From Mycobacterium tuberculosis H37Rv (GTDB lineage Bacteria > Actinomycetota > Actinomycetes > Mycobacteriales > Mycobacteriaceae), in assembly GCF_000195955.2 (NCBI RefSeq), contig NC_000962.3, positions 690,001 to 722,000 of the forward strand: a stretch of 32,000 nucleotides of DNA. Reading direction: 5' to 3'. This document shows positions 22,720 through 31,732 of the stretch, one piece after another. A program made the position numbers and the translations under genes. Numbering within the stretch: the stretch's first letter is position 1; every line of letters starts with the position of its first letter. The notes beneath the pieces were generated by a model. The model was not told the origin of the DNA. It searched no databases and saw only the letters and a program-made list of their open reading frames with translations.

Positions 22720-23807
22720 CGGTCAGCTACGGCGCACCCGGGCGGGTCAACCTGATCGGCGAACACACCGATTACAACCTGGGTTTCGCGCTGCCGATTG
22801 CGTTGCCGCGGCGCACCGTTGTCACGTTCACCCCCGAGCACACCGGCGCGATCACCGCGCGCAGCGACCGCGCCGACGGCTCGGCGCGGATCCCGCTCGA
22901 CACCACGCCGGGGCAGGTGACCGGCTGGGCAGCCTATGCGGCCGGGGCGATCTGGGCGCTGCGGGGCGCCGGCCACCCGGTGCCCGGCGGGGCGATGTCG
23001 ATCACCAGCGACGTCGAGATCGGGTCGGGGCTTTCGTCGTCGGCGGCGCTGATCGGCGCGGTGCTGGGCGCGGTCGGCGCCGCCACCGGCACCCGCATCG
23101 ACCGTCTCGAGCGGGCCCGGCTCGCACAGCGAGCCGAGAACGACTACGTCGGTGCCCCAACGGGTTTGCTCGACCACCTGGCCGCGCTGTTCGGAGCGCC
23201 GAAGACCGCGCTGCTGATCGACTTTCGCGACATCACCGTGCGCCCGGTGGCCTTCGACCCGGACGCCTGCGATGTGGTGCTGCTGTTGATGGATTCTCGA
23301 GCCCGACACTGTCACGCCGGCGGGGAGTATGCGCTGCGCCGGGCGTCGTGTGAACGGGCGGCCGCCGATCTGGGGGTGTCCTCGTTGCGCGCTGTGCAGG
23401 ATCGCGGGCTGGCGGCGCTGGGCGCGATCGCCGATCCGATCGACGCGCGCCGCGCCCGGCACGTGCTGACCGAGAATCAGCGGGTGCTGGATTTCGCGGC
23501 CGCACTGGCTGATTCGGATTTCACCGCCGCCGGGCAGCTGCTGACCGCGTCGCATGAGTCCATGCGCGAGGACTTCGCCATCACCACCGAGCGGATCGAT
23601 CTGATCGCCGAGAGCGCCGTACGGGCCGGTGCGCTGGGCGCCCGGATGACCGGGGGCGGCTTCGGGGGCGCCGTGATCGCACTGGTGCCTGCCGATAGGG
23701 CGCGCGACGTGGCCGACACGGTGCGACGGGCGGCGGTCACCGCCGGCTACGACGAGCCGGCGGTGAGCCGGACCTATGCCGCGCCCGGCGCGGCCGAGTG
23801 CCGTTGA
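22716..23807 (+). CDS. galK: Galactokinase (363 aa)
   Basis: GalK signature [17 protein letters not shown] kinase motif [10 protein letters not shown] and C-terminal [11 protein letters not shown]. Confidence 0.95.
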
Positions 23808-24201
23808 GCGGGTTGGCGAAGCGTCATGTCCACAGTGAGCAGATCGGTGCGGGTCCGCCACTGCCCTTGACCTCGAAGCCGAACACCGGCTACGAGACCG
23901 CTGCCGCGGTGGATCTGGTGTCTGGGGCTTAGCCCGCTTCGCTGATACCCAGAACCAGTGCGAGCGCGTGGTCGGTCTGGCGCATCCTGCCAGGTGCCAG
24001 GGCTCCCAATCGTTCGAGCAGGCGGGTGACGAGGATCGCCGACTGGTCCTGCGCGCGAGTATTGGTTGTCGCCGCGGTATCCCGGGGCCATGAAGACGCA
24101 GCCTTCGATCTTGGCTTCGCTCGACTCCCGATGCCGCCCCAACTCGATCGCTCTTGGGTTTGTCCGACCGCGGGCGTAGCCTTTGCCTCGAGGTGCAGCC
24201 G

Positions 24202-25266
24202 ATGGCAGGCGATCGAGGCGCTGACCCCGGTCCGGCGAATGTGACTCCGGGTGCGGATGACCATGCACAGCATGCGTCGCCGACGGTGCTATGTCCCCAG
24301 GGTCACGTGAACGCATGGGACTACAGGTTCTGTGAGCGGTGCGGCTCGCCGATCGGCGTGGTGCCCTGGCCGTCGGAGGAATCAGGCACACGCCAGACGG
24401 CGCCCGCGCGATCCTTCGTCCCCCTCGTCGTCCTCGCGGCGACGCTGCTCGTGGTCGCCGTCGTCGTGACGGCCGTCGGCTACGCGGTGACGCGACCGGC
24501 TCGCAACGACCGTGAGGAGCCCAGTTCCGCGCGGGGCGCCGCCACGACGGGTGTGCCGTTCGCACAGGCCGAGGCCGCGAGTTGCCCGGACGATCCGGTG
24601 CTTGAAGCGGAGTCGATCGACCTGACGTCCGACGGGCTTGCGGTGAGTGCCGCGTTCATGTCGGCATGCGCCGGCGGCGATGTCGAGTCGAACTCGGCGC
24701 TCGAGGTCACCGTCGCCGACGGACGGCGCGACGTGGCGGCCGGAAGCTTCGACTTCTCGGCAGATCCGCTGAGGATCGAGCCCGGCGTGCCCGCCCGTCG
24801 AACCCTGGTCTTTCCGCCCGGAATGTATTGGCGAACGCCCGACATGTTGTCCGGCGCACCGGCATTGGCGGCCACACGGAAGGGCAGGTCCGATCGTTCG
24901 GCCGCACGAGGCGGATCGGCACGGACGACCATGGTCGCGGCCGCGTCCGCGGCACCGGCTTACGGCAGCATCAACGCCGTTGCCGGGGCGGTGCTGGTGG
25001 AGCTACGTGACTCGGACTTCCCCTACGTGCGAGTCGGTATCGCCAATCGCTGGGTGCCGCAGGTGAGTTCGAAGCGCGTCGGCCTGGTCGCCGCGGGGAA
25101 AACGTGGACGAGCGCCGATATTCTTCGCGATCACCTGGCCCTGCGGCAGCGGTTCGGGGGCGCCCGCCTGGTGTGGTCGGGGCACTGGACCACCTTCAGC
25201 GGACCCGATTTCTGGGTGACGGTGGTTGGGCCGGCGCAGCCCACCGCAGCTGAGGCCAATCGCTGA
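24202..25266 (+). CDS. Zinc-ribbon / single-TM membrane protein (354 aa from ATG 24202; Rv0621-like)
   Basis: N-terminal CPQGH...FCERCG zinc ribbon, TM FVPLVVLAATLLVVAVVVTAVGYAV, and a large extracytoplasmic C-terminal region. Confidence 0.75.
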   Translation: MAGDRGADPGPANVTPGADDHAQHASPTVLCPQGHVNAWDYRFCERCGSPIGVVPWPSEESGTRQTAPARSFVPLVVLAATLLVVAVVVTAVGYAVTRPARNDREEPSSARGAATTGVPFAQAEAASCPDDPVLEAESIDLTSDGLAVSAAFMSACAGGDVESNSALEVTVADGRRDVAAGSFDFSADPLRIEPGVPARRTLVFPPGMYWRTPDMLSGAPALAATRKGRSDRSAARGGSARTTMVAAASAAPAYGSINAVAGAVLVELRDSDFPYVRVGIANRWVPQVSSKRVGLVAAGKTWTSADILRDHLALRQRFGGARLVWSGHWTTFSGPDFWVTVVGPAQPTAAEANR

Positions 25267-25369
25267 TGCGACTCGAACGGGTTCGGCGCCGATGACTGTT
25301 TCGCGAAGTTCATCAGCACCCTCGTTGGCGCGAAGGGCACGACGGTGTACCGGAAGTGACGACGCTGCC

Positions 25370-26317
25370 ATGAGTTTCTGCGTGTATTGCGGTGCCGAGC
25401 TTGCCGACCCGACCAGGTGCGGGGCGTGCGGCGCATACAAGATTGGTTCAACCTGGCATCGGACCACGACGCCGACGGTCGGCGCCGCGACGACGGCAAC
25501 GGGATGGCGACCCGATCCCACCGGTCGCCACGAGGGACGCTACTTCGTCGCCGGGCAGCCGACCGACCTCGTTCGCGAGGGCGACGCCGAAGCCGTTGAC
25601 CCACTTGGTCAGCAGCAGCTGGATCAGTCAGGTGCCGTTGGTGTTTCGCCGTCAGCGGTGTCGGGGTGGGTGCGTTCTGGGCACCGTCGACTGTGGTGGG
25701 CGCTTGCGGGCGTGGTGGCGTTTCTCGGGCTGGTGGGAGCCGGTGTCGTCGGGACGCTGTTCCTGAATCGAGACCGGGAGTCCATCGACGACAAGTACCT
25801 CGCCGCCTTGAGGCGGTCCGGACTCACCGGTGAGTTCAACTCCGACGCGAACGCCATCGCCCGCGGCAAGCAGGTGTGCCGCCAGTTGCAAGACGGTGGC
25901 GAACAGCAGGGGATGCCGGTCGATCAGGTCGCCGTGCAATACTACTGCCCGCAGTTCAGCGATGGCTTCCATATCCTGGAAACCATAACTGTCACTGGAA
26001 GTTTCACCCTCAAGGATGAATCGCCAAACGTGTACGCACCGGCGATCACCGTGTCGGGCTCCGGGTGCTCAGGGTCAGCCGGCTACGCCGACATCGACCG
26101 GGGAACGCAGGTGACGGTGAAAAACGGTCAGGGGGACATCCTGGCCACGGCCTTCCTGCAGGCGGGTCAGGGCGGCCGATTCTTGTGCACCTTCCCTTTC
26201 TCGTTTGAAATCACCGAGGGCGAAGACCGCTACGTCGTGTCGGTCAGTCGTCGAGGCGAAATGAGTTACTCGTTCGCCGATCTGAAGGCCAATGGGCTAT
26301 CGCTCGTCTTGGGCTGA
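25370..26317 (+). CDS. Zinc-ribbon / DUF2510-like / TM / DUF732-like membrane protein (315 aa; Rv0622-like)
   Basis: FCVYCGAELADPTRCGACG zinc ribbon. GWRPDPTGRHEGRYFVAGQPTDLV is DUF2510-like. TM WWALAGVVAFLGLVGAGVVGTLF. DDKYLAALRRSGL...GKQVCRQL is DUF732-like. Confidence 0.8.
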   Translation: MSFCVYCGAELADPTRCGACGAYKIGSTWHRTTTPTVGAATTATGWRPDPTGRHEGRYFVAGQPTDLVREGDAEAVDPLGQQQLDQSGAVGVSPSAVSGWVRSGHRRLWWALAGVVAFLGLVGAGVVGTLFLNRDRESIDDKYLAALRRSGLTGEFNSDANAIARGKQVCRQLQDGGEQQGMPVDQVAVQYYCPQFSDGFHILETITVTGSFTLKDESPNVYAPAITVSGSGCSGSAGYADIDRGTQVTVKNGQGDILATAFLQAGQGGRFLCTFPFSFEITEGEDRYVVSVSRRGEMSYSFADLKANGLSLVLG

Positions 26318-26376
26318 GTCACCGCGGTATTCGGCACGGCGCACCGCTGCGCAACCAGCTAGCGCTGACCGTGTGA

Positions 26377-26409
26377 TCTAGAATCTAGCTACTAGTATAG
26401 AATCGAGAC
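26377..26409 (+). promoter_or_regulatory. vapB30 promoter/operator, AT-rich with repeated TAGAAT motifs
   Basis: TCTAGAATCTAGCTACTAGTATAGAATCGAGAC then ATG. TAGAAT occurs at 26379-26384 and 26398-26403; the second lies 6 nt from ATG 26410. TCTAGA and CTAG palindromes are present. Confidence 0.5.
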
Positions 26410-26664
26410 ATGGCGCTGAGTATCAAGCACCCGGAAGCCGACCGGCTCGCGCGAGCGCTTGCGGCGCGCACCGGCGAGACGTTGACCGAGGCAGTGGTTA
26501 CCGCGTTGCGCGAGCGGCTCGCTCGTGAGACTGGGCGTGCCCGTGTTGTCCCGTTGCGCGACGAGCTTGCCGCGATTCGGCACCGGTGCGCAGCGTTGCC
26601 GGTGGTCGACAACCGGTCCGCTGAGGCGATTCTCGGCTATGACGAGCGCGGATTGCCGGCCTGA
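26410..26664 (+). CDS. vapB30: Antitoxin VapB30 (84 aa)
   Basis: [37 protein letters not shown]. Overlaps the vapC30 start by 1 nt (TGATG). Confidence 0.9.
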
Positions 26665-27059
26665 TGGTGATCGACACGTCCGCGCTCGTTGCGATGCTCA
26701 GCGACGAGCCAGACGCAGAGCGGTTCGAGGCCGCCGTCGAAGCCGACCACATCCGGCTGATGTCGACGGCGTCTTACCTGGAAACGGCACTCGTGATAGA
26801 AGCCCGCTTCGGTGAACCGGGCGGACGTGAGCTGGATCTGTGGCTTCATCGCGCCGCGGTCGACCTTGTTGCCGTGCATGCCGACCAAGCGGATGCCGCG
26901 CGCGCCGCCTACCGCACGTACGGCAAGGGAAGGCATCGTGCGGGGCTCAACTACGGCGACTGCTTCTCATACGGCCTCGCCAAGATCAGCGGCCAGCCAC
27001 TCCTGTTCAAGGGCGAAGATTTCCAACACACCGACATCGCCACGGTCGCGCTGCCCTAA
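26664..27059 (+). CDS. vapC30: PIN-domain toxin VapC30 (131 aa)
   Basis: [24 protein letters not shown] and LNYGDCFSYGLA are PIN residues. Confidence 0.9.
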   Translation: MVIDTSALVAMLSDEPDAERFEAAVEADHIRLMSTASYLETALVIEARFGEPGGRELDLWLHRAAVDLVAVHADQADAARAAYRTYGKGRHRAGLNYGDCFSYGLAKISGQPLLFKGEDFQHTDIATVALP

Positions 27060-27152
27060 TTCTTAGTCAGCCAGGTGTTCGCCGCACCGGCTTTCGGCAG
27101 CGTCAACGGTGTTGTTAAGTGCGGCAGAAGGTTCACAAGGCATGTCGACCGC

Positions 27153-27893
27153 TCAGCGTGCTCCGACTTCGCGATCCGGATCCTCGACGCCGCCGTCCGC
27201 GCCGTCGCCACGGGCGTGTGCACGCCACTGGCGGTACCCGTGTCGCGCCGCGAACGCACCGATGATGGCGGTGACGCACCACACCGCGATCGCGCAGGAC
27301 GCCAGCAGCGGTGAGCGATCGCCGATCGCCGCACCCAATGCGGTGTAGGCGAATGCCCGCGGCGCGGAACCGATGAATGCACCGACGGCCATCTGCCACA
27401 ACGGAACTCCGAACGTCCCGAACGCATAGGAGGCGAACGCATCCGATATGCCGGGGACAAAGCGTTGGCCGACGACGGCCCACAGGCCGCATCGTTCGAT
27501 CAGCGCGTCGGTGCGATCGGCACGTTCCCCGCCCAGCAGGGCTCGCGCGCTGGCCCGGCCGGCTCGACGGCCGACCAGGCTCGCGACAACGGCGGTGCCC
27601 ACCGTGGCACCCAGCGTCACGAAGACCCCCACTAGCGGACCGAACAGCAGCCCGCTGCTTGCGGCCAGGATCGGGCCCGGGACGAACAACGCGCCGAGCA
27701 CGGCCGACACTACGACATAGGTCAGCGGCGCCGCCGGCCCGGTCGCCGAGACCGCGCCCCGCACCGCGGCCACATCGATGACGTCCGTGGCGGCTACCAG
27801 GTAGAACATTCCTACAAGGAAGCCGGCGAACACGACAAGCCGCACGATGTGGCGTCGCCGGGATGTCGGTGCGGAATCGTTGTGAGTGCTCAT
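27153..27893 (-). CDS. TVP38/TMEM64 (DedA-related) integral membrane protein (246 aa from ATG 27893; Rv0625c-like)
   Basis: Multi-pass hydrophobic profile (VVFAGFLVGMFYLVAA; LTYVVVSAVLGALFVPGPILAASSGLLFG; RFVPGISDAFASYAFG). Confidence 0.85.
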   Translation of the reverse strand: MSTHNDSAPTSRRRHIVRLVVFAGFLVGMFYLVAATDVIDVAAVRGAVSATGPAAPLTYVVVSAVLGALFVPGPILAASSGLLFGPLVGVFVTLGATVGTAVVASLVGRRAGRASARALLGGERADRTDALIERCGLWAVVGQRFVPGISDAFASYAFGTFGVPLWQMAVGAFIGSAPRAFAYTALGAAIGDRSPLLASCAIAVWCVTAIIGAFAARHGYRQWRAHARGDGADGGVEDPDREVGAR

Positions 27894-27998
27894 GCTGACC
27901 GTGATTGTTCCGCACCGACGCTGGCCGCGCCCGTCGTCCCCGGCGTTGGCTGGGGAACCTCGGCTGCGCGGGCGCCGTCCGGCGAGCAACCCGTTTGT

Positions 27999-28024
27999 CC
28001 TACGATTGAGCTACGATCGTAGGC
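27999..28024 (+). promoter_or_regulatory. vapB5 promoter/operator
   Basis: CCTACGATTGAGCTACGATCGTAGGC. Perfect 12-bp palindrome CTACGATCGTAG (28011-28022), direct repeat CTACGAT x2, and TACGAT (28012-28017) 7 nt from ATG 28025. Confidence 0.5.
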
Positions 28025-28285
28025 ATGTCTGAGGTGGCCTCGCGTGAGCTGCGTAACGATACGGCCGGCGTGCTGCGCCGCGTGCGGGCAGGGGAGGACG
28101 TCACCATCACCGTCAGCGGCCGTCCGGTCGCGGTGCTTACCCCGGTTCGTCCGCGGCGCCGGCGTTGGCTGAGCAAAACGGAGTTCCTGTCGCGGTTGCG
28201 CGGCGCTCAAGCCGATCCCGGGCTCCGTAACGACCTCGCGGTCCTTGCCGGCGACACGACCGAGGATCTCGGGCCGATCCGGTGA
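28025..28285 (+). CDS. vapB5: Phd/YefM-type antitoxin VapB5 (86 aa)
   Basis: MSEVASRELRNDTAGVLRRVRAGEDVTITVSGRPVAVL. Overlaps the vapC5 start. Confidence 0.9.
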   Translation: MSEVASRELRNDTAGVLRRVRAGEDVTITVSGRPVAVLTPVRPRRRRWLSKTEFLSRLRGAQADPGLRNDLAVLAGDTTEDLGPIR

Positions 28286-28689
28286 GCACGACGCCGGCCG
28301 CCGGAGTGCTCGACACGTCGGTGTTCATCGCGACCGAAAGCGGCCGGCAACTCGACGAGGCGCTGATCCCCGACCGGGTCGCCACCACCGTCGTCACCCT
28401 CGCCGAACTGCGCGTCGGCGTGCTGGCCGCGGCGACGACCGACATCCGGGCTCAACGCCTGGCGACCCTGGAATCCGTTGCCGATATGGAAACGTTGCCC
28501 GTCGACGACGATGCCGCCCGAATGTGGGCCCGATTGCGGATCCATCTTGCCGAGTCCGGTCGCCGGGTGCGGATCAACGACCTGTGGATCGCGGCCGTCG
28601 CGGCATCGCGAGCGCTGCCGGTCATCACCCAGGACGACGACTTCGCCGCCCTCGACGGTGCGGCCAGTGTGGAGATCATTCGGGTCTGA
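28282..28689 (+). CDS. vapC5: PIN-domain toxin VapC5 (135 aa)
   Basis: VLDTSVFIATE, INDLWIAAVA and ITQDDDF are PIN residues. GTG start. Confidence 0.9.
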   Translation: MSTTPAAGVLDTSVFIATESGRQLDEALIPDRVATTVVTLAELRVGVLAAATTDIRAQRLATLESVADMETLPVDDDAARMWARLRIHLAESGRRVRINDLWIAAVAASRALPVITQDDDFAALDGAASVEIIRV

Positions 28690-28760
28690 CTCGGTGGCCA
28701 CGCGTCTCTCGCGCTGTTGTCCGCACCCGCAGGGCGTCCCGGTGGGTCAACGCGGCGGCC

Positions 28761-29912
28761 TCAGTCGACGAACAGCGCCATCGACGCGGTAAACCCGTGC
28801 AACGCGTTGTGGCCCGCGACCGGGCCGATCTCCCCGGCGGCGAAGAAACCGGCCAGCGGAATCCCGCCCAGCAGGTCCTCGATCGTCGACGCGTCGTGGT
28901 CGGTGACCCCGAACATTCGTCGTCCGCGCCCGTTGCAGGTGAACAGCAGCCCACCGACCGGGGGCCCGGGCAGCTCCGCCGCCGCCCGCTCGACGGCCAG
29001 GCGCAGGTCCTTGTCGGCCGCCGCCGCGTCCCGGACCTGGAATTGCACGGTCGCGCCGACCTCGACAACCTCGCCGATCCCGATCGCCCCCGTCGTTGGG
29101 TCGGCGCCGAGCAGCCCGCGGATCAAAAAGTCGCCCTGACCCGGCACCGCCAGGTGCTCGTCGACGACGATTCCGATCTGCAGGCCGCGGCTGACCAGTT
29201 CCTGCTCGTCGGGCGCCATCCCCAAGACGATCTCCCGCAGGCGGTGCAGCGGCGGTCGGCCGCCCAGCTCGGTGATCACGGCACCGTCCGCGCCGGTGAC
29301 AATGTACGGTTCCCCGATCGGCCGGCAGCCCTGCGACACCACGGAAACGCTGTGCGCGCCGGGCAGGCGCACGCCGACCAGCCCGGAGGTGAGCACGTCG
29401 CGGTCACGAAACAGCCGGGTGTCGCCCCGCCGACGCCCACCGCTCACCACCCCGCCGACGACGGTCGTTCCCGGCAGGTCGGTGTTGAGGTGCTCGATGA
29501 GCAGATTCGACGGGAACGAGTACGGGTCCGGCAGCAGCAGGTGCAAGTCGTGCGCGGTCCGGTCGAAGCGGTAACCGGTGATCAGAGCGCCCGAGCCGGT
29601 GCGAACGAAGTCCAGGTGGAATGTCTCCGCGGGTGGGCCGGACGCCAGCCACACCGCCACCGCGGGCTCGTTCTCCAGCTCGTGGCGACCGGCGACGATG
29701 CCTTGGGCCACGCAACCGATCAGCGCGGCCGGCTCGACCGACGCCTGCACCGCAGCCAGCAGGTCCACGGCCTGGTCGGTGTGTGACCGCGATCCGAGGA
29801 GCACGGCCAGCGCCGGCGTCCCACCCGCGAGCTCCTCGCGCGCGTGCGCGGCAGCCTCCGCCGCGGCCCGGCGCACGTCCGGCGCGGTGGAAACCCCGAC
29901 TCCGATCCGCAC
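28761..29912 (-). CDS. FIST-domain (FIST_N + FIST_C) sensory protein (383 aa; Rv0628c-like)
   Basis: Layout typical of FIST proteins ([11 protein letters not shown]..., [11 protein letters not shown]-terminal LLFTCNGRG...[10 protein letters not shown]). Confidence 0.8.
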
Positions 29913-30004
29913 ACATCCATGATGCGCCGTCGCCGTGCTGTTCGTGTATGCGATGTCAAAGTCCGGGCGCGGTTACCCGACGAGCCGAGCACATCCCCGA
30001 CGAG

Positions 30005-31732
30005 TCAGCCACACCCCGTCGACTGTAACCGCATCCGCAACCCGCTGGCCCGCACCGCCCGGCGTGCGATCGCGGCCCGCACCGAAGCTTCGGACCCGAC
30101 CACCCGGACCTTGCGTTTGGCCCGGGTCACCGCGGTGTACAGCAACTCCCGGGTCAGCAACCGCGAATCCTCTTGCGGCATCAGCACCGTCACCTCGTCG
30201 ACCTGGCTGCCCTGACTCTTGTGGATGGTCATCGCGTGCATGGTCTCGACGTCGCCGAGGCGGCCGGTGGCAACGTCAAGTGGCCCGGATGCACCAGAAA
30301 TGACGGCCCGCAGACCGGTGGGGCCGGCCAGCACGACACCGGTGTCGCCGTTGTAGACGCGAAGGCCGTAGTCGTTGGCCGTCACCAGCAGCGGACGCCC
30401 GGCGTACCACGGCGTCCAGGGCGGCTGGCCGGTCTCCTCGGCGAGCCAGGCTTGAACCCGGCGGTTCCAGTGCAGCACGCCGGTGGGCCCGTCCCGATGC
30501 GCACACAGCAGCCGGTGCTCGTCCAGGGTGGCCAACGCGACGTCGGAGGCACCCAACAGCGCCGCCTCGCGCAGCCGCAACGCGTGTGGCACCAGCACCG
30601 CGCGCAACCGCGGCGCCGGATCCTCGTCGTCGACGAACTCGATCCGCTCCTCACCCGAGCGCAGCAGGCCCAGTACGGCATCGCCATCGCCGGCCCGGAT
30701 CGCTTCGGCCAAGGTACCGATCACCTTGCCGAACCGATGCGACGTTCGCAGCTGCGCCACCAGCGCGTCGTCGCGTACCGAGAAGCCATCGACCAAATCC
30801 GCCAGCACCGCTCCGGCTTCCACCGACGCCAACTGGTCGGCATCGCCGACGAGGATCAACCGGGCGCCCGGGCGCACCGCCTCGGCCAGCCGGGCCATCA
30901 GCGTCAGCGACACCATCGAGGTCTCGTCGACCACGATCACGTTGTGAGGCAACCGGTTCTGGCGATCCTGGCGAAACCGCGCTCCCGGTTTGGCACCCAG
31001 CAGACGATGCAGCGTGACCGCGTGCAGGTCGCCGAGCCGTGCCCGGTCGGTGGCGTCGAGCTTGGCCATCTCGCGCCGTACCGCCTCGGCCAGCCGGGCC
31101 GCCGCCTTGCCGGTGGGTGCGGCCAGCGCGATCCGCGGCCGCGGCTCACCGGCCAGCTCCGCCTGCTCGGCAACCAACGCCAGCAGCCGCGCGACCGTCG
31201 TCGTCTTCCCGGTGCCAGGCCCGCCAGTCAACACCGTAACACCTTGCGAGAGCGCGATTTCCGCCGCGCGCCGCTGCTCGTCAAAGCCGGTCGGGAACAG
31301 TCGCCGCAAGTCGGGTACCCCGGCCGGTCGCCTGGATGTCAGCAACGCGAGCAGGTCCGCGCACACCTGCTCTTCTTCGCGCCAGTAGCGGTCCAGATAG
31401 AGCAGCCGATCGTCATACAGGTGCAGCACGGGTGGATCGGCGAGCAACGGACTGGCCCGCACCGCCGCCAACCAGTCCGCCGGATCCGGCCACGGCAGGT
31501 CGTCGTGTCCAGCAACCCGCGCGATCGACAACAGATCCACACACACCGAACCGGCCCGTAGCGCGCGGACCGCCACCGCTACCGCCAACGCCACCCGCTC
31601 GTCGCTCTCCCCGGCCAGTGCACAGAGACGTTGCGCCACATGCACATCCGACACGTCCAGCACACCGGCCTGGTTGAAGGCCCGCACCATCCCGGAGGCC
31701 TCGACGGCAAAATCGACGTCGGTGAGCTTCAC
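30005..31732 (-). CDS. recD: Exodeoxyribonuclease V alpha subunit RecD (575 aa from GTG 31732)
   Basis: Walker A LTGGPGTGKTTT, Walker B VIVVDETSMV, SF1 motifs (LILVGDADQL, TIHKSQGSQ, LLYTAVTRAKRKV). The start overlaps the recB stop (GTGA). Confidence 0.92.
   Translation of the reverse strand: MKLTDVDFAVEASGMVRAFNQAGVLDVSDVHVAQRLCALAGESDERVALAVAVAVRALRAGSVCVDLLSIARVAGHDDLPWPDPADWLAAVRASPLLADPPVLHLYDDRLLYLDRYWREEEQVCADLLALLTSRRPAGVPDLRRLFPTGFDEQRRAAEIALSQGVTVLTGGPGTGKTTTVARLLALVAEQAELAGEPRPRIALAAPTGKAAARLAEAVRREMAKLDATDRARLGDLHAVTLHRLLGAKPGARFRQDRQNRLPHNVIVVDETSMVSLTLMARLAEAVRPGARLILVGDADQLASVEAGAVLADLVDGFSVRDDALVAQLRTSHRFGKVIGTLAEAIRAGDGDAVLGLLRSGEERIEFVDDEDPAPRLRAVLVPHALRLREAALLGASDVALATLDEHRLLCAHRDGPTGVLHWNRRVQAWLAEETGQPPWTPWYAGRPLLVTANDYGLRVYNGDTGVVLAGPTGLRAVISGASGPLDVATGRLGDVETMHAMTIHKSQGSQVDEVTVLMPQEDSRLLTRELLYTAVTRAKRKVRVVGSEASVRAAIARRAVRASGLRMRLQSTGCG

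Noticed and set aside
28245-31561. Long ORFs 28245-29786 (+, 513 aa) and 30173-31561 (+, 462 aa)
   Set aside because: They are antisense to the FIST gene and recD, both of which have clear motifs. The translations are Arg/Gly/Pro-rich junk, and the first also reads through vapC5 out of frame.
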